A stretch of DNA of 64,000 nucleotides from Alphaproteobacteria bacterium. Lineage in GTDB: Bacteria > Pseudomonadota > Alphaproteobacteria > Bin95. The stretch is taken from positions 64,001 to 128,000 of the forward strand of contig OZ219787.1 of the NCBI GenBank assembly GCA_964291285.2, written 5' to 3'. Under the pieces are notes generated by a model, which was not told the origin of the DNA, made no database searches, and saw nothing but the letters and a program-made list of their open reading frames with translations. Below, piece after piece: positions 1-9,661 of the stretch (position 1 is the first letter of the stretch; each line of letters begins with the position of its first letter). The translations under genes and the position numbers were made by a program.

Positions 1-1229
1 ACCTGACCTCGACCTACTTCGAGAGCGATCCGCCGTTCGATGACAAGCGCCGCTTCGGCTACAGCCGGGACAAGCGGCCCGACTGCGTGCAGGTGGTGAT
101 CGCCCTGATCGTTACGCCGCAGGGCTTTCCGCTGGCCTATGAGGTGATGCCGGGCAACACCTCCGACGACACCACGCTGGCGGCGTTCCTCAAGAAGATC
201 GAGGATCAGTATGGCCGCTCCGAGCGGGTGTGGATCATGGACCGCGGCATCCCCACCGAGGAGACGCTGGCCGCGATGCGCGAGGGCGAGGCGCCGGTGC
301 GCTACCTGGTGGGCACGCCCAAGGGCCGGCTGACGCGGCTCGAGAAGGTGTTCCTGGGCCTGCCCTGGCAGGAGGTGCGCCAGTCCGTGACTGTCAAGCT
401 TCTGGTCGAGGATGGCGAGCTCTACGTCCTGGTGCGCAGCGAGGGGCGGCAGGTGAAGGAACGCGGCATGCGCCGGCGCCGGCTGAAGAGGCTGTGGCGT
501 CGATTGGCCGAGTTGCAAGGGCAGTCGAACAGCCGGGATCAGTTGTTGCTCAAGCTCGGCGCCGCCAGGAAGGAGGCCGGCCGGGCCTGGAGCCTGGTCG
601 ACATCACCGTGCCCGGGACCGACAGCGAACTCGCCGCCAACGGCTTCTCATTCCGCCTGCAGCGCGACCGGCTGCGCCAGGTCCGCCGCCGCGAGGGCCG
701 TTACCTGCTGCGATCCAACATGGTCGCCGAAGACCCCGCCACGCTGTGGCATCTGTACATGCAGCTCGTCGAGATCGAGCAGGCGTTCAAGGAACTCAAG
801 CACGACCTCGCGATCCGCCCCATCTTCCATCAGCGCCAAGAGCGCATCGAGGCGCATATCTTCGTCTCGTTCATCGCCTACTGCCTGCTGGTGACCCTGA
901 AGAACCTCGCCCGGCCGCGCGCCCCGGGCCTCACCCCACGCGCCATCCTTGAGGCCTTCGCCACCATCCAGATGGTGGACGTCCATCTGCCAATCACCGA
1001 CGGCCGGCACCTCGTCCTGCCGCGCCACACCCGGCCGAACAAGGAGCACGAGCTACTGCTGCAACAGCTCGGCATGACCTGGCCGCAGCAACCCGCACCC
1101 CGGATCTCCGCCTGACGGCACACGGCGCCGCCTCTCCGTTCGCCGCCTTGTAGTGCCGACCCTCGGGGAGACGATCAAGGCTATTCAATGAGTTAGCATC
1201 CTCATGACCCCCGAGTTGCGGAAGTCGGG
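1..1229 (+). mobile_element. IS1634-family insertion sequence, 5' part outside window; transposase ORF runs to 1115
   Basis: The frame from nt 3 reads LTSTYFE...FGYSRDKRPDCVQV, then MDRGI and IEQAFKELK..L.IRPIFH..ERIEAHIFVSF, typical of IS1634. A right-end-like GTTGCGGAAGTCGGG ends at 1229. Confidence 0.9.
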
Positions 1230-1329
1230 CTAACTATTTGAGTTAGCGTTTTTTTCCAGAAATTCACAACTGGGAAACCGGATTGTAACCGCTGGTTCCC
1301 CGGCTGCAACCGGAGCCGGGAGAACCCGC

Positions 1330-1520
1330 ATGCCCGGAACCACCATCACTGAGGACCGCGTCAGGGCGTTCAAACCCGCAAGACAGTCCGCGGGGTCGGG
1401 GACGGCAAGCCTTGGGGCTTCGGAGCACGCGTGTTGCCGTCAAGCTGCAAGCAGCTCTTCATTCGTGCCGGCATCGGGGCGAACGCAGCTGGAAGATTGT
1501 CGCGATCGCCAACATCGCCA
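1330..1520 (+). pseudogene. Degraded 5' fragment of a tyrosine recombinase (first gene of a tandem pair)
   Basis: MPGTTITEDRVRAFKP and the shifted-frame CRHRGERSWKIV match MAKTTLTEARVKALKP...CQHRGARIWKIV at 59563. The upstream leader also matches the one at 59458. Confidence 0.75.
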
Positions 1521-1619
1521 GGATCGTCCACGGCATGGACGTCTTGCCGCACAGCTTCCCCCTGGCGCGGGCTGTGGCCATGCCCTCGCGGGTGCGACCT
1601 CGTTCGGTCGGACGGTGCT

Positions 1620-2381
1620 CTACAGAAAGACCGTGCCACCATCCACCATCAGGGTCTGGCCGGTGACGAGCCTGCTGGCGTCGGAGGCGAGGTAGAGCAC
1701 GGTGCCCACCAGGTCGTCGGTGGTGAGGTTCCTCTGCAGGCTCTGGCCGGCGGCGACCGCCTGCAGCAGCTTGTCCTTCTTGGACCCGAAGAAGTCGTCG
1801 GTGCCCTCGGTCAGCACCGCGCTGGGCGCGATGGCGTTGACTCTGATCCAGTCGCGTCCGAGCTCGCGGGCAAGCGCGCGGGTCATGCCGATGACCGCAG
1901 CCTTCGACGTCGCGTAGTGAAGGCCGAAGGGCATGCCATAGACCGCGGCAAGGGAGGCGATGTTGATGATCGAGCCGCCGCCGGCCTCGCGCATGGCCGG
2001 CACGCACGCCTTGGTGCATTGCCAGACGCCGCGCACGTTGACGGCCATGGTGCGGTCCCACTCGTCCTGCTCGATCCTGTCGAAACGCCCGCCCTGGGTG
2101 TCGCCGTAGAGCGCGGCGTTGTTGACGAGCACGTCGATACGGCCGAACTCGGCGACGGCGTGCCTTGCCATGGCCTCGCAGCTCGCCATGTCGGCGGCGT
2201 CCAGCGCAATGCCGGTGACGCGCCCCTGGGCGGCGGTGACGGATTCCACGGTCTCGGCCGTGTCGCGGATGTCGGCGGCGACCACGGCAGCGCCTTCGCG
2301 CGCCAGCGCTTCGCAATAGGCGCGGCCCAGACCCCGCCCGCCGCCGGTGACGACGGCGACCTTCCCCTCAAGCTGTGACAT
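1620..2381 (-). CDS. SDR family NAD(P)-dependent oxidoreductase
   Basis: MSQLEGKVAVVTGGGRGLG, NNA, YATSK (YxxxK) and the VTGQTLMVDGG tail. An RBS-like GGAGAG precedes the ATG at 2381. Confidence 0.92.
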   Translation of the reverse strand: MSQLEGKVAVVTGGGRGLGRAYCEALAREGAAVVAADIRDTAETVESVTAAQGRVTGIALDAADMASCEAMARHAVAEFGRIDVLVNNAALYGDTQGGRFDRIEQDEWDRTMAVNVRGVWQCTKACVPAMREAGGGSIINIASLAAVYGMPFGLHYATSKAAVIGMTRALARELGRDWIRVNAIAPSAVLTEGTDDFFGSKKDKLLQAVAAGQSLQRNLTTDDLVGTVLYLASDASRLVTGQTLMVDGGTVFL

Positions 2382-2690
2382 CGGCTCTCCCCCCTTCTCT
2401 CGCATGGTTGCGCCGGCCAGGCCCTCGCGCCGCCGGCGAAAGGCCTCCGAATAGGCCACAAGCGGCGTCACGACAAGCCGGCCGGCCTTTCCAATTGGCG
2501 TGCGCCGTCCAAGCTTCGCCAGGCGCCGCCTGAGTTCCCGTTCAAGCCGGCTTCGGCGGAACGGCGTGAGCTTCGGCCATTCTTCGATTTCAGCGTCGGT
2601 CCTGCCGCAGCCCAGGCACCACCCCGTCCCCGGGTCGGAACGGCAGACGTCGATGCATGGGGATCGGGCGCGTCTTGCCGCGCGTTTCAT
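2382..2690 (-). CDS. DUF1289-like small Cys-rich protein, in frame with the SDR and with no stop between them
   Basis: SPCIDVC...GWCLGCGRTDAEIEEW motif. Confidence 0.7.
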
Positions 2691-2724
2691 GGCGGAACCT
2701 CGATTGGGCTTCCTGCGTTCGCGC

Positions 2725-3822
2725 TCATGATGGAGCCCGCCAGTCGGAAAGGCTGATTCGACCGACAAAGCCGCTCTCGGTACCGAGTGCCAGATGCTGT
2801 CCATCCGCCGACCATGCGAGCGCGGTCACAGCGCCCTTGCCGGGTTGCCTGACCGGAACCGGATGAGCGCCGTCGATCTTCACGAGCATGGCGGCGCCGT
2901 CCTTGTATCCGGCGGCGACCACGTCATGCCGGGGGTGGGCAGCCACCACCGTCACCACACTCTCGGAGCCCTGCCCGAGGTCGAGCGGCGCCTTGCCCAT
3001 GGGCCCGCCCTTGCCGTGGAATGGCCAACAAACGACGGAGTCCGCGCCACCGGTCGCCAGATACCGTCCCTTCGGCAGCCAGCTCATCGACTTGACCTTC
3101 GTCGGGTAGCCGGACATCCGCATATCGGCGCTGTCGGAGAGGCGCCAGCCGTGGAGTTCATTCTCCTGCATGGCGGTGACGATGTATTTCCCGTCCGGGC
3201 TCCAGGTCAGACCGAGATGCGAGCCCGCCCAGCTGAGTCGTTTGGGTTTCTGTGTGCTGGGCCTCGCCCACCAGAGGCTGATTCCGCCATAATGCGCGGC
3301 GGCGATCCGTCGTCCTTTCGGGTCGAACGCCAGACCGCTGACCGTGTTTGCATGATCGAACTGTCCAACTGCTGTTCCATCTCGAGCGAAAAGGGAAACT
3401 GTCTTGCCGAAAGCCGCAGCGCATAGACCGGATGCCCTGCTGACGACAATCGGCTCGACCCATTGGCCCGCAATGCATGCAATTTCGGTGGTCTCGCCGC
3501 CGGTACCGGTGCTCACCAGCCGTCCGTCATCTCCGCCTGTCAGAACGCGCTGTTCCTCCAAGTCGACGGCCAGCGAAAGACAAGCCCCGTCATGCACGGA
3601 AACGAAGGACGGAGGATTCGTGCTCTCGCTGTCGATGAACGCGACCCGGCCGTCCCCGAGTGCAACCGCGAGCAGTCCCTCCTCAAGAAACGCAATGCCC
3701 ACCACATAAGCGTCGAGCGTCCGCCCGGCGCCGATGCGATCAAGCAGCGTCGTCTCGCCAGCGCCCGGATAGCCGGCGAGAACGGCAGCGGGGATCTGAT
3801 TCACGGGTTCCCTGTCCCTCAA
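2725..3822 (-). CDS. WD40-repeat protein with a degenerate COG0523 P-loop fragment at the N-terminus
   Basis: Repeated WS.DG / FDPKG beta-propeller blades. The N-terminal IPAAVLAGYPGAGETTLLDRI resembles IPVTVLTGFLGSGKTTLLNRI of the GTPase at 14542. Confidence 0.85.
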   Translation of the reverse strand: MRDREPVNQIPAAVLAGYPGAGETTLLDRIGAGRTLDAYVVGIAFLEEGLLAVALGDGRVAFIDSESTNPPSFVSVHDGACLSLAVDLEEQRVLTGGDDGRLVSTGTGGETTEIACIAGQWVEPIVVSRASGLCAAAFGKTVSLFARDGTAVGQFDHANTVSGLAFDPKGRRIAAAHYGGISLWWARPSTQKPKRLSWAGSHLGLTWSPDGKYIVTAMQENELHGWRLSDSADMRMSGYPTKVKSMSWLPKGRYLATGGADSVVCWPFHGKGGPMGKAPLDLGQGSESVVTVVAAHPRHDVVAAGYKDGAAMLVKIDGAHPVPVRQPGKGAVTALAWSADGQHLALGTESGFVGRISLSDWRAPS

Positions 3823-3931
3823 TTTCTAAAGCCGTTCGGTAGCACTCAGCTGCCTCTACCCGGTTCGTGGATGCTGGCGGGAAGCCCGCACGGCGAGACC
3901 ACCCGCTGGACCGGCGCCGGTGAGAGTATAC

Positions 3932-3948
3932 ATGTTATAATATAACAT
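3932..3948. promoter_or_regulatory. Zur box
   Basis: Perfect 8-1-8 palindrome ATGTTATA-A-TATAACAT upstream of the WD40 gene. Confidence 0.8.
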
Positions 3949-4323
3949 AAACAGCTACTAATTGCGAGAGTCAAACGCCCCCTGGAAACCGGGCGCGGCG
4001 GCAGGAGAGGGGGTGACATGCATACAGTTTGCGACAGCCGGACCGACACTTTCGATTTGCCCGCGCTGCCGCGACAGGCGCGATGATCCGCGAATACCGG
4101 ATGTTCCTGTTCACCGAGCCGCGCCTCGTCCTGGCTCCGATCCTGGCCTGCGCGCTCGTTACCGTGCTGCTCCACGGGATACTCGACCGGGGCAGCAGCT
4201 AGCGCGCGATCCGTTCGGGCCGAAACGGTCTCGTTTGCAGAGCCTCGACCGTCACGCCGGCATCCGGCCGCTGCCCGCATTCCGGCCTCGCGCCCGCCGC
4301 CGGGGCAGGAACACCCATCGAAC

Positions 4324-4396
4324 ATGTCATGAGATGTCATGTTTTGTCATGCGGGCCCGGCAGGACCCCCTGCGATATGTCATGAGATGTCATGTT
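4324..4396. repeat. Phased TGTCATG repeat array
   Basis: Exact 20-bp direct repeat ATGTCATGAGATGTCATGTT at 4324 and 4377, built from TGTCATG units at a 10-bp period. Confidence 0.85.
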
Positions 4397-5033
4397 CTGC
4401 ATGCATGCGGCGCATACCCTGCATCCCGTTCGGGCATGGGCACCGGATATTCCATCCGGTTCCTCCGGCTTCGCGTCTTCGGCATGGGCCTGTCCTTTCG
4501 ACCCGTCTCCGTTCCATTCTTCCCGCCTTCCGGTTGCCGGAGCGGCGGGACCCTGTTTCGCGCGTATCCTGCGCGCGCCTGTGCCGGCGCGGGCGCGTGT
4601 CGGCGTCGGCGCGGTTCGCGCGCCTGATTGCGCGCGCGAGACGCAGGGCGCACCTCTCCTGTGCGTTCCTCAGGGGTTTTTTCGCGCCGGCGCGAACGGC
4701 GAAACGAAGCGGCCCCGCGGATGCCGCTTCCTTCCTCCTGCTATCCATAATAACACAGAATCCCTGAGGTCAATCCCCCATCGCAGAATTATTTCCAAAA
4801 AAACAGGAATCGACAGGAATCGAGATGCGGCTTCATTGCGCGCTTCAGTCTGCATAGCTCGAATGGCAAGGCCGGGAACTGGACCCCGGACCGTCCCGGA
4901 CCGGGCCCCGGGGAAAGCTGCCGGCGCGCCGTCCCCGGAACCTCAATCACCGCTCCGTCCCCCGCCTGTCCGCGAGCGGGGGGCCGGGGCGTGCGGATTT
5001 CCGGTACGGAGAGAATGGGTGCCGCCAAGAGCA

Positions 5034-6221
5034 TCAAGCGGCGATTGCCGGGTCGGGACTCGTTTCGTTCCGTTGGCCGTGTGCGGCGCGGCGCAGGTCG
5101 GCGGCGAGCTTGGCGAGAAAGGCGGCGGCGGCCATGACGAGGCTGATATGGCGGTGCCAGCCATGCCAGGAGCGGGCCTCGCAATGATCGAGGCCGAGAT
5201 CCTCCTTCGCCCTCTGGAGGCATTCCTCGATGGTCCATCGCAGACCGGCGGCACCGGCGAGTTCGGCGAGCGTCGTGCCGGCTCGGCAGAAGACGAGATA
5301 GTAGGCCCGCTTGTCGGGGTCGCGGCGGGAGCGTCGGATCAGAAGCCAGCGCTCCCGGCCATCTTCGCGGCGCCGGGCCAGCGCGACCCGTGCCCAGTCG
5401 TAGAGCCTCGGGCCCTTGCTGCCCTCGCCGGAGGCATGCGCGGCCCAAGCCCCGTCTTCCAGTTCGTCGGCGATTGTCGCGGGATCGGTCTGGATCAACC
5501 CCTCGGCGGCGACGAAGCGCAAAGAGTGGTCGCCGCACACCGCCAGCACGTAGCTCTGTTCCCGCCCTTCCAGCATGCGCCGCAGGCCGGAGTCCGATCC
5601 ATAGACCGCATCGGCCAGAACGAAGGCGCAGGGAACGCCGGCGTCGAGAGCTTCGCCGATCATCGCGCTAGCCAGCACGGGCTTGGTGGCGAAGGCGACC
5701 TCTTCCGGCACCTGCGTCTTCGTGCGCCGCGCGCGGTCCTCCGCCCACTCGCGCGGCAGATACAGACGGCGGTCGATCAATGCCTGGCCGAAGCGGCCCG
5801 CATAGGCGAGGAACACGCCGACCTGGCTGTTCTCCACGCGGCCCGCGGTCCCCGCATATTGGCGCGCGACGCCGACCGAGTGACGGCCCTTCTTCACGAA
5901 GCCGGTCTCGTCGACCACCAGAACCCCGTCCGGACAGCCCAGCGCCTCGACCGCATAGGTGCGGACCTCGTCCCGCAGCGCATCGGCATCCCAGCGGCTC
6001 TTGCCCAGAAGCGCCTGCATCCGCCACGGGCCCGGCAGACCCGCCTGCTCCGCCATCATCCAGCCCGTCTTGCGCTCGATCCCCGACAGAAGGCCGTCGA
6101 GAAACGCCCCTCCCGTCTCACGAAGCTGACGACGCCTGAACACCGGACCCAGACGGGCCTTCCACGAGCAAAGCTCCCGCTCCCACTCCACAAGCGAACC
6201 GGACCATTCCGCAACGCTCAT
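5034..6221 (-). mobile_element. IS701-family transposase
   Basis: GVLVVDETGFVKKG.HSVGVARQY.GT.GRVENSQVGVFL, ADAVYG and RWTIEECLQ.AK..LGLDH.E.RSW.GWHRH. Confidence 0.93.
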
Positions 6222-6317
6222 TCCGTCCATCCTCCGAAAGCGAAAGGCGGAACTACCCTTCCCAAAAGGAAACGGGGCGCTCCGCTTCGCGTTCGTCGTT
6301 CGTGCTCTCGCGCCGGG

Positions 6318-7322
6318 TTACGGCGACAGCGCTTTCGTAAGCGTCTCGACATTGTGGCGCATCATGTCGAGATAGGTGGACGCCGGCTCGTCCGGCCCGG
6401 AAAGCGCATCGGAGTACAGCGTCCCGCCGATGGACGCGCCGGTTTCGTCGGCGATCTGCTCAAGCAGGCGGCTGTCCGTGATCGACTCGACGAAGACGGC
6501 CGTGATTCCTTCTTCACGGATCTGCCGGATCAGGGTGGCGACATCCCCGGCGGACGGTTCGCTTTCGGTGCTTATGCCACTGGGGGCAACAAACCGCAGG
6601 CCGTAGGTCTCGGCAAAATACCCGAAGGCGTCATGGGGGGTGACGATCGTGCGCCTGTCCTCGGGCAGCCCTCCGACAGCCTTGCGGATGTCGGCATCCA
6701 GCGCCTCTATTTCAGCCACATAGGCCGCACGGTTCCCGTAATAGGTCGATGCGTTGGCAGGGTCGGCCTTGGACAGCGCCGCAGCGATGTTGTCGACATA
6801 GATCACTGCATTGGCGGGGTTCTGCCAGGCATGCGGGTCGAAGGCGCCGTGGTCGTGCTCGTCCGCGTGCTCCTCCTTGTCGTGGTCGTCCTTGGCCGCG
6901 TGGTCGTGGTCATCCTTGTCGTGGTCGTCCTTTTCGGCGTGGTCGTCATGGTGGTCGTCGTCATCCTCAAGCCTGATTGCCTGGATCCCGTCGGTCGCCA
7001 CCACGCGGACGCCGCCAAAGCCCGACGCCTCGACCAGCCGGTCCAGCCAGCCTTCGAACGCAAGACCGTTGAACACGAGGATATCGGCCTGACTCACGGC
7101 GCGCGCATCGGCCGGGGTCGGGTTATAGACATGGGCATCGCCGTTGGCCCCGACCAGCGTGGTGACGGCAATCCTGTCGCCGCCGATGCGCTTGACCATG
7201 TCTCCCAGTATCGAAAAGGTGGCGACCACCGGGATGGGAGCGTCGGCGGACCATGCCGGCGCCGTCATCGACAGGCCGATGAGGGCGGTTGCGGATATCA
7301 GCAGGTTTCTGCGCCTGGTCAC
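6318..7322 (-). CDS. znuA: Zinc ABC transporter substrate-binding protein (ZnuA/TroA type) with a His/Asp-rich loop
   Basis: Signal peptide, DAHVY.PTP.D, DPHAWQ, HDAFGYF and LYSDALS, plus a long DDHD-repeat loop. Confidence 0.92.
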   Translation of the reverse strand: MTRRRNLLISATALIGLSMTAPAWSADAPIPVVATFSILGDMVKRIGGDRIAVTTLVGANGDAHVYNPTPADARAVSQADILVFNGLAFEGWLDRLVEASGFGGVRVVATDGIQAIRLEDDDDHHDDHAEKDDHDKDDHDHAAKDDHDKEEHADEHDHGAFDPHAWQNPANAVIYVDNIAAALSKADPANASTYYGNRAAYVAEIEALDADIRKAVGGLPEDRRTIVTPHDAFGYFAETYGLRFVAPSGISTESEPSAGDVATLIRQIREEGITAVFVESITDSRLLEQIADETGASIGGTLYSDALSGPDEPASTYLDMMRHNVETLTKALSP

Positions 7323-7334
7323 TGTAGCGTCCTT

Positions 7335-8201
7335 TCAGGCATTGACACGATGGCGAAAGAGTGGCGCGGCAAGGCTGCCCACCGGCCCGAGCATCAGCGA
7401 CACCCCGTAGACGATGCCTGCCACGAGGATGATCGCCGGCCCTGATGGAAGTCCGAAATGGTAGGAGACGAGGAGACCGCAGAAGCTCGAAGCGATGGCG
7501 ATTGCGACTGCGGCGAGGATCAGCCCGCCGATGCTCACCGCCCAGAAGCGCGCAGCTGCGGCCGGAAGGATCATGATGCCGACGGCCATCAACGTGCCGA
7601 GCGCATGAAAGCCGCCGACAAGGTTCATGACGACGAGCGCGAGGAAGGTGAAATGAGTGATTGTGCTCAGCCCGCTCACCGAGCGCAGGAACTGCGGGTC
7701 CGCGCATTCGAGAACCAGCGGGCGGAAGATGAACGCGAGCGCAAACAGTGTGATGCTCGCGATGCTGCACAGCAGGATCAGAGCCGCGTTGTCGAGCGCG
7801 AGCACGGTGCCGAACAGCACATGCATGAGATCGACATTGCTGCCGCGGGTGGACACGATCAGCACGCCGAGCGCCAGCGAGATCAGGTAGAAGGCGGCGA
7901 GGCTCGCATCCTCGCGCAGAACCGTGACACGGGCGACGAAGCCCGAAAGCAGCGCCACGGCCATGCCGGCGATCAGACCGCCTACCGTCATGGCCCCGAG
8001 CGAGAGCCCGGCGACGAGGAAGCCGACCGCGGCGCCGGGCAGGATCGCGTGCGCCATTGCATCGCCGGTCAGGCTCATCCGGCGCAACAGCAGAAAGACG
8101 CCCACAGGCGTCCCGCCCACCGAAATCGCGATACAGCCCATCATGGCCCGGCGCATGAAGCTGAATTCGGCGAATGGCTGAATCAGGGCCTCCCACATCA
8201 T
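7335..8201 (-). CDS. znuB: Zinc ABC transporter permease (ZnuB/TroB type)
   Basis: Hydrophobic, with RRMSLTGDAMAHAILPG and PSGPAII of ABC-3 permeases. Confidence 0.92.
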   Translation of the reverse strand: MMWEALIQPFAEFSFMRRAMMGCIAISVGGTPVGVFLLLRRMSLTGDAMAHAILPGAAVGFLVAGLSLGAMTVGGLIAGMAVALLSGFVARVTVLREDASLAAFYLISLALGVLIVSTRGSNVDLMHVLFGTVLALDNAALILLCSIASITLFALAFIFRPLVLECADPQFLRSVSGLSTITHFTFLALVVMNLVGGFHALGTLMAVGIMILPAAAARFWAVSIGGLILAAVAIAIASSFCGLLVSYHFGLPSGPAIILVAGIVYGVSLMLGPVGSLAAPLFRHRVNA

Positions 8202-8941
8202 GACCCGTATCTGCCGCAGTCATGGGGCGGGCCGACACAGGCCTCGCACATCTGGCGCGCACGGAACTGGTTGGCGGCCGTCAACACCTTCGCCGTGGGT
8301 CCGTGCGCCACGAGATCGCGCGCCAGCATCAGCGTCTCGGGAAAATGCGTCCGGACGACCTCCGCATCGTGCAGAACGGCGATCACCGTGCGTCCCTCTC
8401 CGTGCCACCGCCGCACCACATCCAGGAGATCGACCAGCGTCTTGGCATCGATGGCCGTGAAGGGTTCGTCGAGCAGCACGAGCTGCGCGTCCTGGAGCAG
8501 CAGCCGCGCGAAGAGCGCACGCTGAAACTGCCCGCCCGACAGCGAGCCGATGATTCGGGACTCGAATCCCGTGAGCCCGACGGCGGAAATGGCATCGTCG
8601 ATCCGGGCGCGATGCGCGGCGCGCAACCCGAACAGGCCACCGATCTCGCTCCAGAGCCCCATTGCCACCAGATCGACGACCGTGATCGGAAACGACCGGT
8701 CGATGTCCGATTGCTGCGGCAGATAGGCGATGTCGCTCCGTGTGCAGGTTCCGAAGCGCACCTGTCCCGCAAGCGGGCGCAGGACCCCCGTCACCCCTTT
8801 CAACAGCGTTGACTTGCCCGCGCCGTTGGGGCCCACGATGGCGGTCAGGCTGCCGTCGGCGACCTCGCCGTCGAGTTGATGCACCGCCGGATGGCGGTCA
8901 TAGCCAAGGGTCAGCTCCTCGAATGCCAGGGCGTAGGTCAC
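8198..8941 (-). CDS. znuC: Zinc ABC transporter ATP-binding protein (ZnuC/TroC type)
   Basis: Walker A GPNGAGKS, signature LSGGQ and Walker B LLDEPF. The GTG start overlaps the upstream stop. Confidence 0.92.
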   Translation of the reverse strand: MTYALAFEELTLGYDRHPAVHQLDGEVADGSLTAIVGPNGAGKSTLLKGVTGVLRPLAGQVRFGTCTRSDIAYLPQQSDIDRSFPITVVDLVAMGLWSEIGGLFGLRAAHRARIDDAISAVGLTGFESRIIGSLSGGQFQRALFARLLLQDAQLVLLDEPFTAIDAKTLVDLLDVVRRWHGEGRTVIAVLHDAEVVRTHFPETLMLARDLVAHGPTAKVLTAANQFRARQMCEACVGPPHDCGRYGS

Positions 8942-9072
8942 AGGCTTCCCGGCGTGGATGTCGCCCAGAAGAACAGGGCCCAGAGCAACATCACGATCAG
9001 CGCCGCCCCGGCGAGCCGCGGGCCGACTCCCATGAGAAGCATCCCGCGCGCCGTGTGTCGCCAGGGCGTCAT
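8938..9072 (-). CDS. Small single-TM membrane protein (44 aa)
   Basis: MTPWRH...RLAGAALIVMLLWALFFWAT. Translationally coupled to zur (ATGA) and znuC (GTGA). Confidence 0.65.
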   Translation of the reverse strand: MTPWRHTARGMLLMGVGPRLAGAALIVMLLWALFFWATSTPGSL

Positions 9073-9470
9073 GCCGGGGCCTCTTTCGATTCGCAGCGTG
9101 CGCACTGGCCGTGGACCTCGATGACGTGGCGCGCCGGTGCGAACCCCGACTGTCCCGCAATCCTCGACAGTTCGTTGGTAATGCGCCGCGAGACGGCTTC
9201 CTCGACCGTTCCGCACACCTTGCAGATCGAGAAAATCGGAACGTGCCCGTGCTGCTCGCACTTGCAGGCGACAAAGGCCTTGAGCGATTCGAGACGATGA
9301 GCCCGGCCGCCCTCGATCAACGCCGCCAGGGCGCGGTATATCGTCGGCGGCGCAAGCCGCGGATTGCCGTCGCGCAGCCGGTCGAGCACCTCATATGCCG
9401 ACATCGGCGTGTCGCATTTCCGCAAGACGGCGAGTACGTCCGCCTGCATGTTTCTGCTCCGCCGTCTCAC
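9069..9470 (-). CDS. zur: Zinc uptake regulator, Fur family
   Basis: SAYEVLD, APPTIYRAL, HRLESLKAFVAC and two CxxC motifs. It heads the zinc ABC operon and has a Zur box upstream. Confidence 0.9.
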   Translation of the reverse strand: MRRRSRNMQADVLAVLRKCDTPMSAYEVLDRLRDGNPRLAPPTIYRALAALIEGGRAHRLESLKAFVACKCEQHGHVPIFSICKVCGTVEEAVSRRITNELSRIAGQSGFAPARHVIEVHGQCARCESKEAPA

Positions 9471-9500
9471 GCCCGTCCAGTTCCCGGTTCCGAGGATTTC

Positions 9501-9517
9501 ATGTTATATTATAACCT
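9501..9517. promoter_or_regulatory. Zur box
   Basis: ATGTTATATTATAAC between the divergent zur and COG0523-like genes. Confidence 0.82.
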
Positions 9518-9661
9518 ATCTTGCGCCGCCGGCAACGATCCGGTTTCGGATAGCCTTGCCGGACAGCGTCGTCTGTCATATTGGGCGTGGCTGGCCCGTT
9601 GTCCGCGGAACCGGCGAGCAACCGCGTTGCGTCGGGACGAAAGCGGGTCCAGTATTCGACA

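Noticed and set aside
3830-3930. Cobalamin riboswitch upstream of the CobW-like remnant
   Set aside because: No recognisable B12-box; a Zur palindrome explains the regulation.
4324-4396. Two 20-bp repeats with a 33-bp gap as a mini-CRISPR
   Set aside because: Only two units, internally periodic, and no cas genes in the window.
6850-6965. Tandem GTCGTGGTCGTCC-like repeats as a CRISPR or VNTR element
   Set aside because: They encode the His/Asp loop of ZnuA; there are no spacers and no cas genes.
4392-7445. 1017-aa plus-strand ORF
   Set aside because: Antisense shadow of IS701 and znuA in GC-rich DNA; no motifs.
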